Shown in pieces: positions 33,511 to 46,825 of a stretch of DNA of 64,000 nucleotides. Source of the DNA: Marsupella aquatica (Eukaryota > Plantae > Marchantiophyta); assembly GCA_973895155.1 (NCBI GenBank), contig OZ316899.1, forward strand, positions 7,877,241 through 7,941,240, given 5' to 3'. Position numbers and translations under genes: made by a program. Positions within the stretch are counted from its first letter, which is position 1. Each line of letters starts with the position of its first letter. Under the pieces are notes generated by a model that had not been told where the DNA came from, did no database searches, and saw only the letters and a program-made list of their open reading frames with translations.

Positions 33511-35689
33511 TGTCCTGTGACAAAAATAAGGCTAGAAGATATGTTCAGACTGAATCTTTGGTAGGGAATTCTTTGGTCCAAGATGATGGTCCTTTCTTCT
33601 TCAGGATTGTGGACTGTAACATGTTTGTCTGTGTGCAAAGGAGGGTGGTCCTTTATTATCCTTTTGAAGGACTTCTAGAATAAGGTCCCTGTGAGTTGTA
33701 CATATTTTGGTATTTAATTGTATTCTACATGACCTTCATAAGAACTTTTTGCTAGTTCTTTGAGCAGAGTTGATATTTTCAGATTCTAACCAACAAGCTT
33801 AAATATTAAATGTACATCTAACCCAAAACTCTGTTGCGCTGCAGGGCTTTGGGAACAGGTTTTATAGAGGTGCACTAGTAAGAGCAAAGTGGACTAGTTG
33901 TAAGTGTAGAAAAAGAAACTTGTAGTTGTGTACCAGAGACAACCTTAGGCAAAATAGCTTCAGGCCACCTTAGGCAAAATAGCTGGTACCCACAAAAGTG
34001 ACACACTAGTTTGATGGTGCCAATCTGTGGCCATTGAGACTATGAAGTCTGCATTGATCTCCCATGTACTTACTCTGTTGAAAGAGGACAACCATTTGTT
34101 TTGGTTTGTTTCTGAGCGTACTAGATATATAAAGAAATTCAATCCACAGACCATGACTTGATCCACCTATGTATGACACTTTATGATCACTTCTGATCAA
34201 CAAAGATTTCTCATTTCTCTCTGGGCTGCAGTGTTGTATTATCATTTGTATGTACATGATATTATTTTGGGTCTAATTTCAGACACTTAGGTTTAGGCTA
34301 CAGTCATCAGTCAATTGACGTGCCCAAGTGCAATTTTCCCTTGATTTCCTGTCAAAGGGAAGACTGGCCCACGACATGCACTCTCATTTGACAGATCACC
34401 AAAATTTTCCTGTCACGGTCAAACATAATGTTCCTTGCTCTGTGATGGGAAGAACATTTTGTGCTAGTTACTTCTCAACGGTGCACCTAAGGATAGGAAG
34501 GATCCTTGAGTAGGTTCATAATCACCCCTCCGTGTCATTGGAAATTGAAGGACTCAGCCCAAACACATTGTTTACAAAACTTTGACATTTCATTAAAAGG
34601 GTCAAAGATCATATCGATCATGTACATTTTGATTGAAGTCTATCAAAAACCTATCATGTACATGCTATGTGTATAAGCAAGATCTAGATACTATCAATGC
34701 CCAATTCCAACCACATGCACTAGCGCTTCCTGAGTGCTTCCATTGGTGCATGCAAATTCCTACTCTGAAATGCAAAATGACTTCAAAGAGGACACTATGT
34801 CCCCTGACAGATCACTAATAGCTCCCCTGAATCTCCTAAATGATGCTACAAGTGAGCTTTGATCCTTAGTTGGATCAGCTGTCTCTTCACCATCACTATC
34901 CCGAGCACTACCCATATCAGAGCACAACTTCCCCTCTTTGATATCTCGCTGTATAGGGGCTTTGTTCACAACAGATATCCCATCAGATGCTATACAAGGG
35001 CTTCGTTCAAAACAGAGTGCTCGAGGCAAATCATCTCCAGAGTCTTTCCTCACATAGCTAACGGTTCACCACACACTCATCACCTGTTCAAAAATTCTTT
35101 GTGCCTTCTCCTCATCATTACTGCATGAGTCCTTGAAGGCTGTCCTGAAATCCCCATCAATTGCATTCCAATTGCTTCATTCACCTTGATGACAATATCA
35201 TCAACTTTCACAGCAAAACAGTACATGTATGTGCCAGTCCCATCCGCACAACAAACATGCTCCCCTCGGCCTCGAGAATTAGGACCCAGTGGAGACTGAA
35301 GATCCACCCTCCTAAGTCTGCGTTTGTGCTTCCCCAATGCACAGGGCCAACCATCCTTTAGCAGAACCCCACAGCCTTCATACACAAAATCTCCAGCACA
35401 AAGTTCCCACATCTTCTCAATGTTACCCTTCTTGAGCGTGCAATACGAGTTGTGCTTGTCCATCTGTGGTCATCAAACAACAGGAACACAAAGTCTGAGT
35501 GTATGTGTCCTGACTTGCTTAATGAGAAAGGGGTGCCATACACTCACTAATCAAGGACTACCTGTTTTTAAACTCAGGACCTTCAATTCAATTGTGAATT
35601 GGTAAGGATCGAAAGGCCTTGGCTAGGGATCAAAGTTTACTTTAGATGAACCTTGGGTCCTTGACAAACCATAGAAAGTGCTTAATTGA

Positions 35690-36030
35690 AGAAGGACCGA
35701 GCCTCGAGTTCTTCAAAAAGAACCTCGAGTCCTTGAAGGACACAGAGTCCTTGTATAAGAAACCGAGTCCTTGTATCAGGACACTGACTCCTTGTATAAG
35801 GAGTCAGAGTCCTTGTACCAGGACACGGAGTCCTTGGATAAGGACACTGACTCCTTAGGTACCCCAGAATGTCCTTACACAAGGACAGGCAATCCTTACA
35901 ATCATCAGGACATGTAGTCCTTGTCTCAAGACAATGAGTCCCTACATAAGGACAGAGAGTCCTCAAGTAGTCAAAGAGTCCTCAAGTGCGGACATGGGGT
36001 CCTTGGGAAAGAACCTGTAGTCCTTGCAAC
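35690..36030. repeat. GAGTCCTTG tandem repeat related to the AAGGACT family, probably intronic
   Basis: Repeated GAGTCCTTGTA / GACTCCTT units. Confidence 0.8.
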
Positions 36031-37524
36031 CAGATTCATTACAAGTAACTTCTAGCAAGTGGTATGCTTGTAAACAACAGCAAAATTGCAAATGTGGAGA
36101 AACAGAAGTGAACTTACTTTAAGTGCAGAGATTTTCTGGCCCCAATTAAAAATAATGTGTTGCGCCTGCCTCGGACTACTGGCTGCACAGAGTAAAACTT
36201 ATCAAAACAAAACTCTGATTTTTTCAATTGTACATCACCACTCCTGCATGCACAAATCACAATTTGTCCCTGATTCTAGTATGAGGTTGATGTATCAAAT
36301 TCACACCAATTTCAGGTCAGCTTAGCTTGTAACTCAAGGTTCAAAATGAAGCTGCAATTTCTTTCTCAACTTGATTGATGACTCATAGGGAACAGGATTG
36401 ATTGAACCAGATTGGGGCAACTGTGGATGCGAAAGTTGAGAGTTCACTTCAATGAGCTCTAACATCCTCCTGAAGGAACCTTGAGATAGAGACTCTGGGC
36501 TAAAGGGCATCATGCCAAGCTCAGGGCTAGTCACAGGTTTGCTTGTCACCTTCCCAGTCGGTTCCACAGTCCTTGCTCTCTTCCCTAATACTTCACCCTC
36601 AGCTTTTGTTGTCACCGGCTGCACTTTACTGGATCCATCTTGTGGATCATGTTGAAGTTGGCTTGATATGGGAGGGGCCTCCTTATCATTCAACAACAGT
36701 TCAGTTGTTGCAACAATATTAGCCTTAAATTGAGCAAACAATGCACTTCAATCAGCAGTGGGAATATCAGAGTTCAATTGTCACTAGATGCTTCTAACTT
36801 CTAGAAATACTAGCTCGGTTTGACTGTGATTATTCCATAGGATCACAGTCAGACTGAGCAATTTTGGAAGGACAGTTACAAAAACTACATATGAATGAGA
36901 TAATGCTTAAGGGAATAACTACATGCACCACTGATAGAGCAATTGAGAGACCGAATCTAAAGAATTCATCATGCTCAATTTGTTGGATAGGATCTACTTA
37001 CCCTTCCTTGCCCACATTGAATATGCTCGCCTAGTTGTCTCCATTTCAAAAGTTGCATACTGTGTTTCCCGTACAACATCTTTAAGTCTTCAATGTGAGA
37101 AACTCGAATCTCATCTCCATGAGTGGGTAAGCCCCAACTCCATAGCCACTCATTTGAGAAGAGTGCATTGCAAGCTAAGCACGTTGGACTATTCATTGAA
37201 GCGCCAATCAGCGGGAAAAGACAGCTCTGATGATAGGCGTGCCCACACGATGCTAGGACCCAATTATAGCAATGATAGCCATTACAACAAACTGGACAAC
37301 TTGAGAATGTAAATTGTGTCCCCATTGAATTGGCTGCTGTTGGAACGGGGGGAATGGGGTATTTACAAATGACAGGAAACAGTAACAGGAAACAGAAACT
37401 GGTAACAAGAAAATGAGTGTAATTTTTTTTAATTTTTTTTTTTAAATTGGGTTGCATAATACATTTTTTTGCTAGCGCCCAAAGCTAGCCAAAAAATGTT
37501 GTTTTTTTGGGGGGGGGGAAATGT

Positions 37525-37662
37525 TGTTGTGGTGTGTCAACAACTAATGCTTCATTCATCGTCCAACCAGTACATATGGTTCCTTAGGTAGCTAGGCAGT
37601 TAGGCGGTTATGACCAGCCTGACTGCGACAGACTTGACCTTGGGTTAACTCGGGTTACAACA
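37525..37662 (-). repeat. 3' LTR of the copia element (138 bp)
   Basis: TG...CA ends, matches 43216-43354, preceded by TSD AATGT. Confidence 0.95.
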
Positions 37663-38284
37663 CTCCTCCTTGGGGGTAACATGACTTGGGGGAAATGTTG
37701 CCACCATCTGAAGTCTACTCTAAGGAATGATGATTTTTGATCTATTTGAAGTTTATACTTAGGAGGGGAATGTAACCTCATTAAAACCCCCCCTCCTTTC
37801 TTGTAGGGGGAAAGAGTATTACCATTCCCTCCGGGTTATTTAAATGATTTAATGTGTATGGTCTAATGTAAAAATAGTATGATGTTTGAAGGTGTATTTA
37901 TCAGGAGGGCTACGAGCTTGCAGGGCGAAATGCCACAAGCCCAAACTAAACCACATAACATGAATGTATGTGTCTAATTCCTTGGTGGTGCGGGGTACTT
38001 GGAGCATTAGGGCTCCTCGGAAATTGCTGTTGCGCTTTTTAAGTTGTGTTGCAGGGTCTTGCCAACGTTTGATGGCTCCCGTCAATCGTTATGCTGGTGT
38101 CAATCTGTTCTTGGCTTGTGTATTGTGAGGTGCCTCGTTGGCTTATGTTGGGGAGGTATCGGCGTCTACAAAGTTGCAGTTTTTTGGCTATAGTTGGGCG
38201 AATCTCCCCCTGAATGCTGCAAGCACGTTAGCTGCAATCCCCAACTCTGTCAGTTCAGCAATAATTGAGATAAGCTTTGCAGCC

Positions 38285-41200
38285 CTATGGAATGTGCATG
38301 ATTTTTGTGAAGGGCAGGAAGTAGGGATTATGTATATCTGCAGAGTTTGATTCACTTGGAATCCAGCGTACTTCAATGTTCTTGCTCTGCTGCTTGTGTG
38401 TAAAGAAGAACTTAGGAGCAATGTGTTTCGTCCTGTCACCCTTGATGAAACCTGCTTGAATTTGGTCGACGCATGGTCGGTTGTCTTCGTATACGTGTGT
38501 AGGTGCGGTCAGTCTTGGGGGTCCAGTGTTTTGATGTATGTGGTTGATCACGTTTCGTAACCATATGCACTCCCGGCTAGTTTTGTATAAAGCAATTATT
38601 TCGAAGTGGTTTGATGAAGTCGTGGTGAGCGTTTGTTTGTTGCTCCTCCACAAAATTGCCGTTTGTCCCATCAAGAACACGTACCCTGTCTATGACTTGG
38701 CGTCTTCAGGGTCGGACAAATATCCTGCATCATTCAGCGTATCCAGTTAGTAAGTTAGTAGCGTTCTTGGGGTAGAATAATCCCAGATCTATGGTACCTT
38801 TGAGGCAGCGGAAATTTCTCTTAACGCCATTCCAGTGGCGTATGGTTGGTGCTGCACTGTGGCAGGCCAACAAGTTCATCGAGAATGCCAGATCAGGTCT
38901 TGTCTGGTTGGCAAGGAACATTAGCACACCTATAGCAGATAGGTATGGTTTTTCTGAGCCAAGTAGTGGCTCGTTCTCGTTTCTCTTCCGGAAGATGTCC
39001 TTATCCTTATCCAAGGAACAAATGTCCATAGGAGATTGGACTGGTTTTGCCTGATGCATGTTAAATTGCCTCAATATCTTTTTTGTATATGTAGATTGAT
39101 GCAGGAAAATTCCAGTGGGTAAGTGTTTGAATTGCAATCCAAGGCAGAAAGTAGTCTGCCCCAAGTCTCTCATCTCGAATGCCTGTTTCAGTAATTTAAT
39201 AGTTTCCAGCATGATTCTGCTGGTGCCAAATAAGTTCAAGTCATCTACATATATGGCAATGATAATGAGTTTGCATCCTTCTCACTTAATAAAAAGGCAT
39301 GGTGTTATATCAGCGTTTGTGAATCCCATTGCTAGCATTTCTGATTTAAATCTCTTATACCATGTCAGGCCGCTCTGTTTCAGGCCATACATTGAGTGGA
39401 GTACTTGTACCGCAAAACGAGTTTGTGTGGTAAGAATTTTCTTTTGCAACTCTTGCTTTAAAGAAGCTCCCAATGTTATTGATTTTGCTGTTTTATTAAG
39501 TACTGCTGCGTTGGCGTGGTTGAAGGTACTGTGTGTATGCTTAGGGTTTAGGGTTTAGGGTGGTTCTTGATGTATTTGCTCCCCCCTTACTGTGGTGTTC
39601 CGCTCGTTGTATCAGTTTGGGTGGTGCCTCCATGTGAATTACTGTATCCAGGTGGCCATATAAATAAGCTGTCACTATGTCCATTTGATGCATCGATAAG
39701 TTGTGATGCTGGGAAAAAGTGATCAGGTAGCGGTAAGTGATTACGTCCATCACTGGGGAATATGTGAGGTCATAGTCCCTGCCTGGGATTTGAGTAAATC
39801 CCTTAGCTACTAAGCGGGCCTTGTGTCTAACCACTTCCCCTTTTGCATTGCACTTCTTCACGAAAGTCCATTTGTATCCCGTCAGGTGTGTACCTGGTGT
39901 TGCTAGGGTTATTGGGTCAAAAACTTGGCGTGATATAAGTGAGTTCAATTCTAGGTGAATAGCTTTCTCCCACTCTGGCCAGTCTGGGTGAGTTTGTGCT
40001 TCTCGGATTGTCCTCAGGTCAGGTAAGTCTTGAACTTCTATATGTTGAGATACATGGAAGGAAAAGTGTTCATCTAGTATTGTCTGTTGTCTGTCCCATA
40101 TGTGTCCTGTGCTGCCGTAGTTGATGGCAATCTCTTCGTTATCTTCTCGTGTTTGAGGCTGTGGGGAGGCAGGGGCCCTATCGATTGGTGCTGCCTCTCT
40201 GGAGGGGGTTGCCCTCCTCTACCTCGGTTGTTTGTCTCCAGAGCGTAGTGGGCGGCCTCGCTTGGCTCTTGGTGCCACCACTGTGGCGGGTTGAGTTTCT
40301 ATCTGTATTCTAGATGGTGCATTTGCCGCCGGTATATGGGATCTAGTCATTTTTGCAGCGTTTGCAAAAGAGTCTGGTAGTTGTTCTACCATCTTTGCGA
40401 GGTGCAGAATTTGTTGAACTTCTGTGTCTAAATGGCTGGTTCGAGGGTCATTCCAAAATGCAGATTGGATTTGCCAAGTGAGCGCCTTGTCTTTCTCCAT
40501 TTGCTGTTTCGTGTGTAGTCTCGGGAAGGTGTCTTCATAGAAATGGCAGTCTACAAAGCGTGCTTTGAATACATCGGATGTGGTTGGTTCCAAGTAGAAA
40601 ATAATTGATGTGGAGTCGTATCCAGTATATATACCTGGTTGCCTCTGAGGGCCCATCTTTGTTCGCTTGGGGCCCAAGATTGGTACCATTACTTGGCAAC
40701 CGAACGTCCTTAGGTGGGAGACATTTGGAATATTGCCGAATGCCAGGTGGTGGGGTGAACTAGAGTTGAATGCTGATGGTCTATAGCTCAGCAGTGTGGC
40801 GGAGTGGAGAATTGCATGCTCCCATGCTGTTGTGGGGAGGTTACTTTGCATTAATAGTGGCCGAGCAATTATCTGGAGGCTTTTTATCAAGGATTCTGCT
40901 GTCCTATTCTGGAAGTGTATGTGGGGGACCGGGTACTGTATGTCTATTCCTGTAGCAGTACCAAGTTCTTCAAAAGTTTTAGAGGTAAACTCCCCTGCGT
41001 TATCTACTCTGAGTGTCCGAATGTGGTTATCCGGAAATTGTGCTCTCAGTTTTAGGATATGAGATAGGAGACGAGAGAACACTAAATTTTGTGTGGATAT
41101 GAGGGAAATTTGGGACCATTTGGTAGATGCGTCTATGACTACTAGGAAGAAACAAAATGGGCCGCTAGGGGGATCTATGGGTCCGCAGACATCAGCGTGT

Positions 41201-42870
41201 ATTTGCTCCAAAAAGTTGGGGATTTGGCTTTTAGTTTTTGATGGGGAAGGCCGATTTATCAGTTTTCCCTGTGAGCATGCTAGGCACGGCTCTTGCATGG
41301 ATGTGGGGTGTACCGTGGTTGGTATGCCCTTGGTTTGTTTAATAATCCTCTAAAACATGTTAAGGCCAGGGTGGCCGAGCCTCTTGTGCCAAATCTTGGT
41401 AACAGTATTATTGTGAGTTTCGGTTTGGAAGCTCTGTATGTTTGTGATGTAAAATCCGGGAGGGGTTGCATCTAGTGTCTCCAAGATTCCTTTGTTTGTT
41501 GGTGTCTTGGATGTTATGTGTAGGACTTCTCGTTCATTTGAGGTTCTCATCTCTATATGCAGGTTGTTGGCTCTTATGTCTCCAAAACTTATCAGGTTTC
41601 TCGTTGCTATGGGTGCGTAAATGGCCGAGTGTATTTTTATGGTTGTCCCTCAAGGTAGAATCACCATTGCCGGTCCATATCCTTCCTCCAATTGATGTTG
41701 GCCCATTATTGTTGTTATCTTGCGTTGTGATGGTGTTATGTGAATGAAGTATTCTTTATTTTTCAAGATAGAATGTGAGGTCCCGCTATTGACGCTACAG
41801 TAGGAAGGGTCGTCTGGTGTTTTTATGGGGTTCCTTGTGGCCATATTTATCTCAGGCAGGATCTCCGTAGAGTCCATAAATGTTCCATACGTTTTGGGTT
41901 CATTTGTTGTGATACTTTTCTTATAGAGTGCCACTAGGTGTATAGGGGCTCGACATGTTTTCTGGATGTGCCCTATAGTTCCACAGCAAAAACAAAGAGG
42001 AGGGTTTTTGATTTTATCTCGTGAGTTGTATTGCTCTTGATTGAACTTTGTCCGGGGCTGATTGTTGTTATCTTGTTTCCAGGTACTTCTTGAGCTCCCT
42101 CCATTATATTGGTATCTGCCTCGTCCTCGTCCACGTGGGAAATTTCCTCTTCCGCCGCGTTGGAAATTAGTTCCTCGGCCCCTGTAGGGCCCTCTCCCTC
42201 TGCTACCTCCTTGGCCTCGGTAAGATGTTCCCTCTCCCCTTTGCAGTTCTGCATAGTTGATTTCTGGAGTTGTGTGTGGGGGGAGGGTTCCTGGGGGTCG
42301 CTTCTGTGCATTATGTAGTAAGAGGAGCTGGTGCTTCTCAGCCAGAAGCATGTGGGCAATTAGTTCGGAGTATTAGGTGAATGCCATATTCCTGTATTGC
42401 GTTGAGAGTATTAGATTGGCTGAGTGTAGAGTAGATAGCATCTTTTTGATTTGCTCCGCGTCGTTTACTGGCTGGCCGCAAATTGCCAATTGCGCTACGA
42501 TTCTGAATAGCTTGCTATTGTAATCTACGATCGTCTTGTAATCTTGAACTCTCAAATTAATCCATTCATGTCATGCAGCTGGCAGGTAAATGGTTTGAGT
42601 GTGGTCAAAGCGGGATTGAAGCTCCTCCTAGAGTACTCGCGGATTGAATTCGTTCAAGTATTGTCTTTTTAGGAGTTGCTTAAGTGGTGTCGGATTAGTA
42701 TCAAGGCTTTTGCCTTTTGCTATAAAGTTGTTCCTGCATTTGTTATGATTGTGTCCTGGAGATCCTTAGCTGCAAGGTGTGTTCTACGTCTAAGGTCCTG
42801 GATAAGTAATTAGTGCCGTCTATACTGAGGGCTTGAAATATGAGTTTTTTTATGGGGTTTGTGGGGATTG
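38285..42870 (-). pseudogene. Copia gag-pol polyprotein remnants
   Basis: Collinear fragments 42373-42555, 41650-42351, 41350-41550, 40219-41298, 39541-39948, 39282-39473, 38730-39239 and 38285-38680, separated by stops and frameshifts. Confidence 0.92.
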
Positions 42871-43196
42871 ACATCCTACTAAATGTGTAGGATCAATGAT
42901 ATTTTTGTATGGTGGTTCTTTCTATGTAAATTGAAGTTGGTGAGCTCTATGTTGGCTTGCATTTATTCTCCCGATGGTTCTAATCGCCCGCGTCCTCTTG
43001 CAATCGAGTACTTGTTTGTGATTCACTTATGATTTTGGCCTTTGGTGCCTTGTCTCTCCGTGGCGGTTCTATAGGTGGTCTATTGACAGATGGTCAATCT
43101 CCCTAGTCCATGGCCCTGTTCCTCCATTCTTGGGTGGTCATGAATCGTTTATGAAATCTGAGTAAAAAAATGAAGGGAGAAAAAAATTAAGGCAAG

Positions 43197-43215
43197 GAGC
43201 CTCGTGCTGGTAACG
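43197..43215 (-). promoter_or_regulatory. Primer-binding site complementary to the 5' half (anticodon arm) of tRNA-Ile
   Basis: Plus strand GAGCCTCGTGCTGGTAACG resembles plant tRNA-Ile GAGCGTCGTGCT(A/I)ATAACG and abuts the LTR; half-tRNA-Ile priming is a known Bianca trait. Confidence 0.7.
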
Positions 43216-43354
43216 TGTTGTGGTGTGTCAACAACTAATGCTTCATTCATCGTCCAACCAGTACATATGGTTCCTTAGGTAGGTAGGCAGTTAGGCGGTT
43301 ATGACCAGCCCTGACTGTGGTAGACTTGACCCTGGGTTAACTCAGGTTACAACA
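43216..43354 (-). repeat. 5' LTR of the copia element (139 bp)
   Basis: TG...CA ends, followed by TSD AATGT. Confidence 0.95.
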
Positions 43355-46300
43355 AATGTGACTTTTTAGGAAATATTTTGACACTGTCATTTTTTCTGGT
43401 AACAGTAAATTTTTGCTGGTACTAGTAAACCTGTTTCCTGTTTACTGTTTACTATCACGCATGTCATACCTTGTTGGAACAAAAGTTGGTGTCAACCTTG
43501 GACACGGAGTGAGTAATACAACAGCCAGAGTGGAATACTCTGACTTTTGAGCTTCCTCAATCTCCTCAAGTCACTTCAATTGTAGATGGAGTGCTTCAAC
43601 AATTGATTTCAAGCGGACCACCATCCCAGGAACTGCTGCAAATTGCTTCTTGTCGGCTACAATGAGCTCCTTGACTACGGCTATGTCCTTCAAGATTCTT
43701 TCCCATTGCTCCTTCAAGTCCACCGTCTTGGCGTTTTCAGTGCTCAGTCGGGTTTCCAAGATTTCTGCATATTGAACCACCTCCTGTTTTCATGAACACA
43801 ACAGTTCCATTGTAAGAAAACTAAGTGGTAGAATTGCAAGACTAATAGCTAGATCACTCATCGCTTAATTACACCAAGAGCTTACAAGTCAATATGCAAC
43901 CAACACTAATTTTTGCACTGTCTGAAATTTAGCTAAGTAAGGTATATTTGAGTATATACCTCACCAATCTTGTCTTCCCTGTTCTGCTCCAGCTCAATGT
44001 TAGTCATGAGCTCTTCAATAACTTTCTTTGTTGACTCAATCTCCCAATCAAGTTCAACAACCTCCTTCTCCTTAGCTTTGCAATCTCCTGCAAGTTTTGC
44101 CCTCGGTGCTTCTTGATCCTATTCATCTGCAAGTATCGCCTCCGTTGTGGCTTCAACCTTCCTGATTTTGTTAAAAGTCTCTAGCCTTCGGCACTTGGTT
44201 GACACAATTGCTGAGTCAATTATTGATAGTAATATTGACTGCAATTGCTTGTCGAGAATGGAAACCTCGGTTTTACTAGCAGAAAAGGATGTGTTTGCAA
44301 TAGATAATTTGAGCTCCCCAACGCCTCCTATTGCAACACCCGCAGAGAAGTTGAGACCTCACTTTGCCTCTAGAAACGACAAGCTTAGTCTCCTCATCAA
44401 AGTCTTTGTGGACTGGAGGATCGTACATACGCATTTTCCTCACACAAGGAGGCCCATCCGGCTTACCTTTTCCCTCCCTTTCCCATTGCAAAATCTGGCC
44501 CTTGAGTTTATCGGCGGCATATCCGGCCCAGTTAACTTTCCAATTCAAGATGCGCTCGGCATAAGCACCTTTCACAAATGTGTGAGACAACATTCCATTC
44601 ACTGGCTTATTGTACCCATCAACGACTTGGGACAAGTGTAACATATCCTCAATCATGGGAATTTTGACACAACTATTCAACTTGTGACCACTCCTGGATT
44701 TCTCACCAAAACATGTACTCAGTGCTTCCTTGCCAATATCAGTTATCTTATACGTATTTTCCCCTTCATCGGGCAGTCCAAAAGTTATGGCAAAATAGGT
44801 TGCATCTTTCTAGAACTCTACTGGATCCCAAGAAGCTATGGGCTTATCCAGAACGGATTTTCCTTTTGAACCAGCTTTTGGTTTCTCAGTAATTGGATGA
44901 CTTGGCATCACGGACTCTACAGTCTTGGACTGTACATTCTTTCCACTCTTCTCATCTAACTCAGGACTTGGTGATTTGTCACGCACAATCTTATGGAGTG
45001 TCAATGGAGGCACGAGATGCATCGAACTGCCCTGACGAAATGTGCACAACGCAACAAATAAACTCTTGCAAACAATGCACGGGATTGGAACTCTTACTAT
45101 GGCAAACATATGACGACATGTTTTTTGTACAAACCAGGATTGCAAGCTACAGAGTTGAGTACATGCTTAAGATATTCAATGTCGACAGACTACAAGCATT
45201 GGGAAGCAACTTGAACAAGGTTGATGAGTGCTCACCATAGCTATCCAACAATATAATTTGGAGTGACCACCGCGCTGATGCAATATAGGCTCCACCATGA
45301 TGCTCCAACATTTACCTCGATCCACCAATCCCCTAAGCGGGCTCTGAGCAACTCTTTGCGAAGCACAATGTGAACACATTCCAAGCCTATCATGCAAACA
45401 CACTTGAAGCAAGACTCAACGAGAGATTTTGTAAATGCTTCATAGATTTGCACAGGAAAAATGAGAGCTCAATGACAGAGTGAGTTGTGGCAATCGGGAG
45501 CACCAGCCTTTCAGGAATTCTTCTCTATGCACCTATCAGGAGCACTAGCCTTCTAAAAATTCTTCCTTACGCACGACAAACCTAGCCTAGACTTTGCACG
45601 CATCAACTTCAAAATTAAGAGTTAGCGCGCAGTGAAAAGGAGACTTCTCCCTCACGCTATACAAAAAGGACAAGAACAGCTTTGGCTTGGATTCCCCCAC
45701 CACTCCTTATAGCCGGGCATTAAAGGTCAACATTCAAAATGGCCCTCAAATGGCGCTCAATGATAGATATGTCCAAAGGACTTATCATTAGGCCACACTG
45801 TCCGCATTGTCTTTGCCCAACCTATATAAGGACATTGTGTCAAAAAACAGTACTTGGTAGTTGAAAGATGGTGCAATCCTGGCCACCCATTAGGAAAAGG
45901 ATTGAAAGCACTCCACTCCTTTTTAGATTGTCCTTATTTCCTCCTTTGGTACCCCTCAATCTTGATTTTGACCTACTGATTTTGGTAACAAACGTCGTGG
46001 CATGAGTCGTTAAATATGATGTAACATTGTGGTGGTTAAGTTAAAGAACCAATCACTGGAAGATGTTAGTTTAAGAAATGTCCTTTGGTACATGGAATAG
46101 TGTCGTACGGTGGAGGACGTTACCGTGTTTACGTCCTCTAGTATGAGGGTAAGTTCTGGTCCAGGCACGACGTTTGAGTGTGATTATATTATTATTTTTG
46201 CTGCCAATTGGTGGTTGGGTTTACTATTTCATCAAATATGTATGTATGGTGGGGTGTTGGGAATATATAACATAGTGTATACACACACAAAATGAATCGT

Positions 46301-46825
46301 GATTAAGATGACAAAAATTATTTACAATTGTGGCCTACATAGCACTATCCTAACATAGCACTATCCTACCTAGCACTCCAATGATGATGCCCCGCATCCC
46401 TACTAGATTGTGATGACCTACGCCAAACTAGGTGGTCGCTATCTTCCTCGGTGGCATTTGGCTTGGATGCACGGTGTCGCGTCCTCCTCCTACCCTCCTG
46501 TGAGTGTGCACTATCTCTCTCACATACCCTGGGTAGCCCCTCCTGACTGCCATGTACTATCGGTCTCCCCTCCTATCTCTAGATCCTCCGGGAAATAGGT
46601 CACATGCGGCATGAGTACCCTCAGGACTCCTGTAACCTACACCATCAGCACTCGCTTGTGCCTGCCAAAATGCCTCCTGAGTGGGACGCTCCTCATTGGC
46701 TAAGCCCGTCTCATCATTCTCATCATCCTCAGATATAGGACGACGAATGCAACCTATCGGAGCACTCCAATTAACCTACAACACAAGTTCACGCATGAAT
46801 TAGTGACATGCATGCAACCATGAGG

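Larger units (their letters stand above)
37525..43354 (-). mobile_element. Ty1/copia LTR retrotransposon, Bianca lineage, structurally complete but with decayed coding region
   Basis: LTRs TGTTG...CAACA at 37525-37662 and 43216-43354; TSD AATGT on both sides; PPT-like tract after 37662; PBS at 43197-43215. Domain order gag (CFCCGTIGHIQKTC), protease (VNSGTSHS), GAG-pre-integrase (WHKRLGHP), integrase (HADVCGPI, DNAGEF, TKMGPQR), RT (KARLVAKGF, YVDD), RNase H (YEDN, TKHI). Confidence 0.95.
34760..45145 (-). pseudogene. Decayed multi-exon gene: TE-associated FGLP...NWA domain, coiled coil, RING-type zinc finger and further C-terminal fragments; a copia element sits inside one intron
   Basis: 44276-44870 gives FAITFGLPDEG...KVNWAGYAA; 43571-44100 is coiled coil; donor AAG|GTATGA ~43469 and acceptor CAACAG| ~37339 flank the copia. 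RING exon: CPVC..(9)..ASCGHAYHQSCL...TCLAC...EWLWSWG (~37130-37310). Confidence 0.55.

Noticed and set aside
33960-34750. Possible Ulp1 protease exons at the end of the RING gene
   Set aside because: I could not find the H-W / D / QxxxxDCG motifs in the frames I translated.
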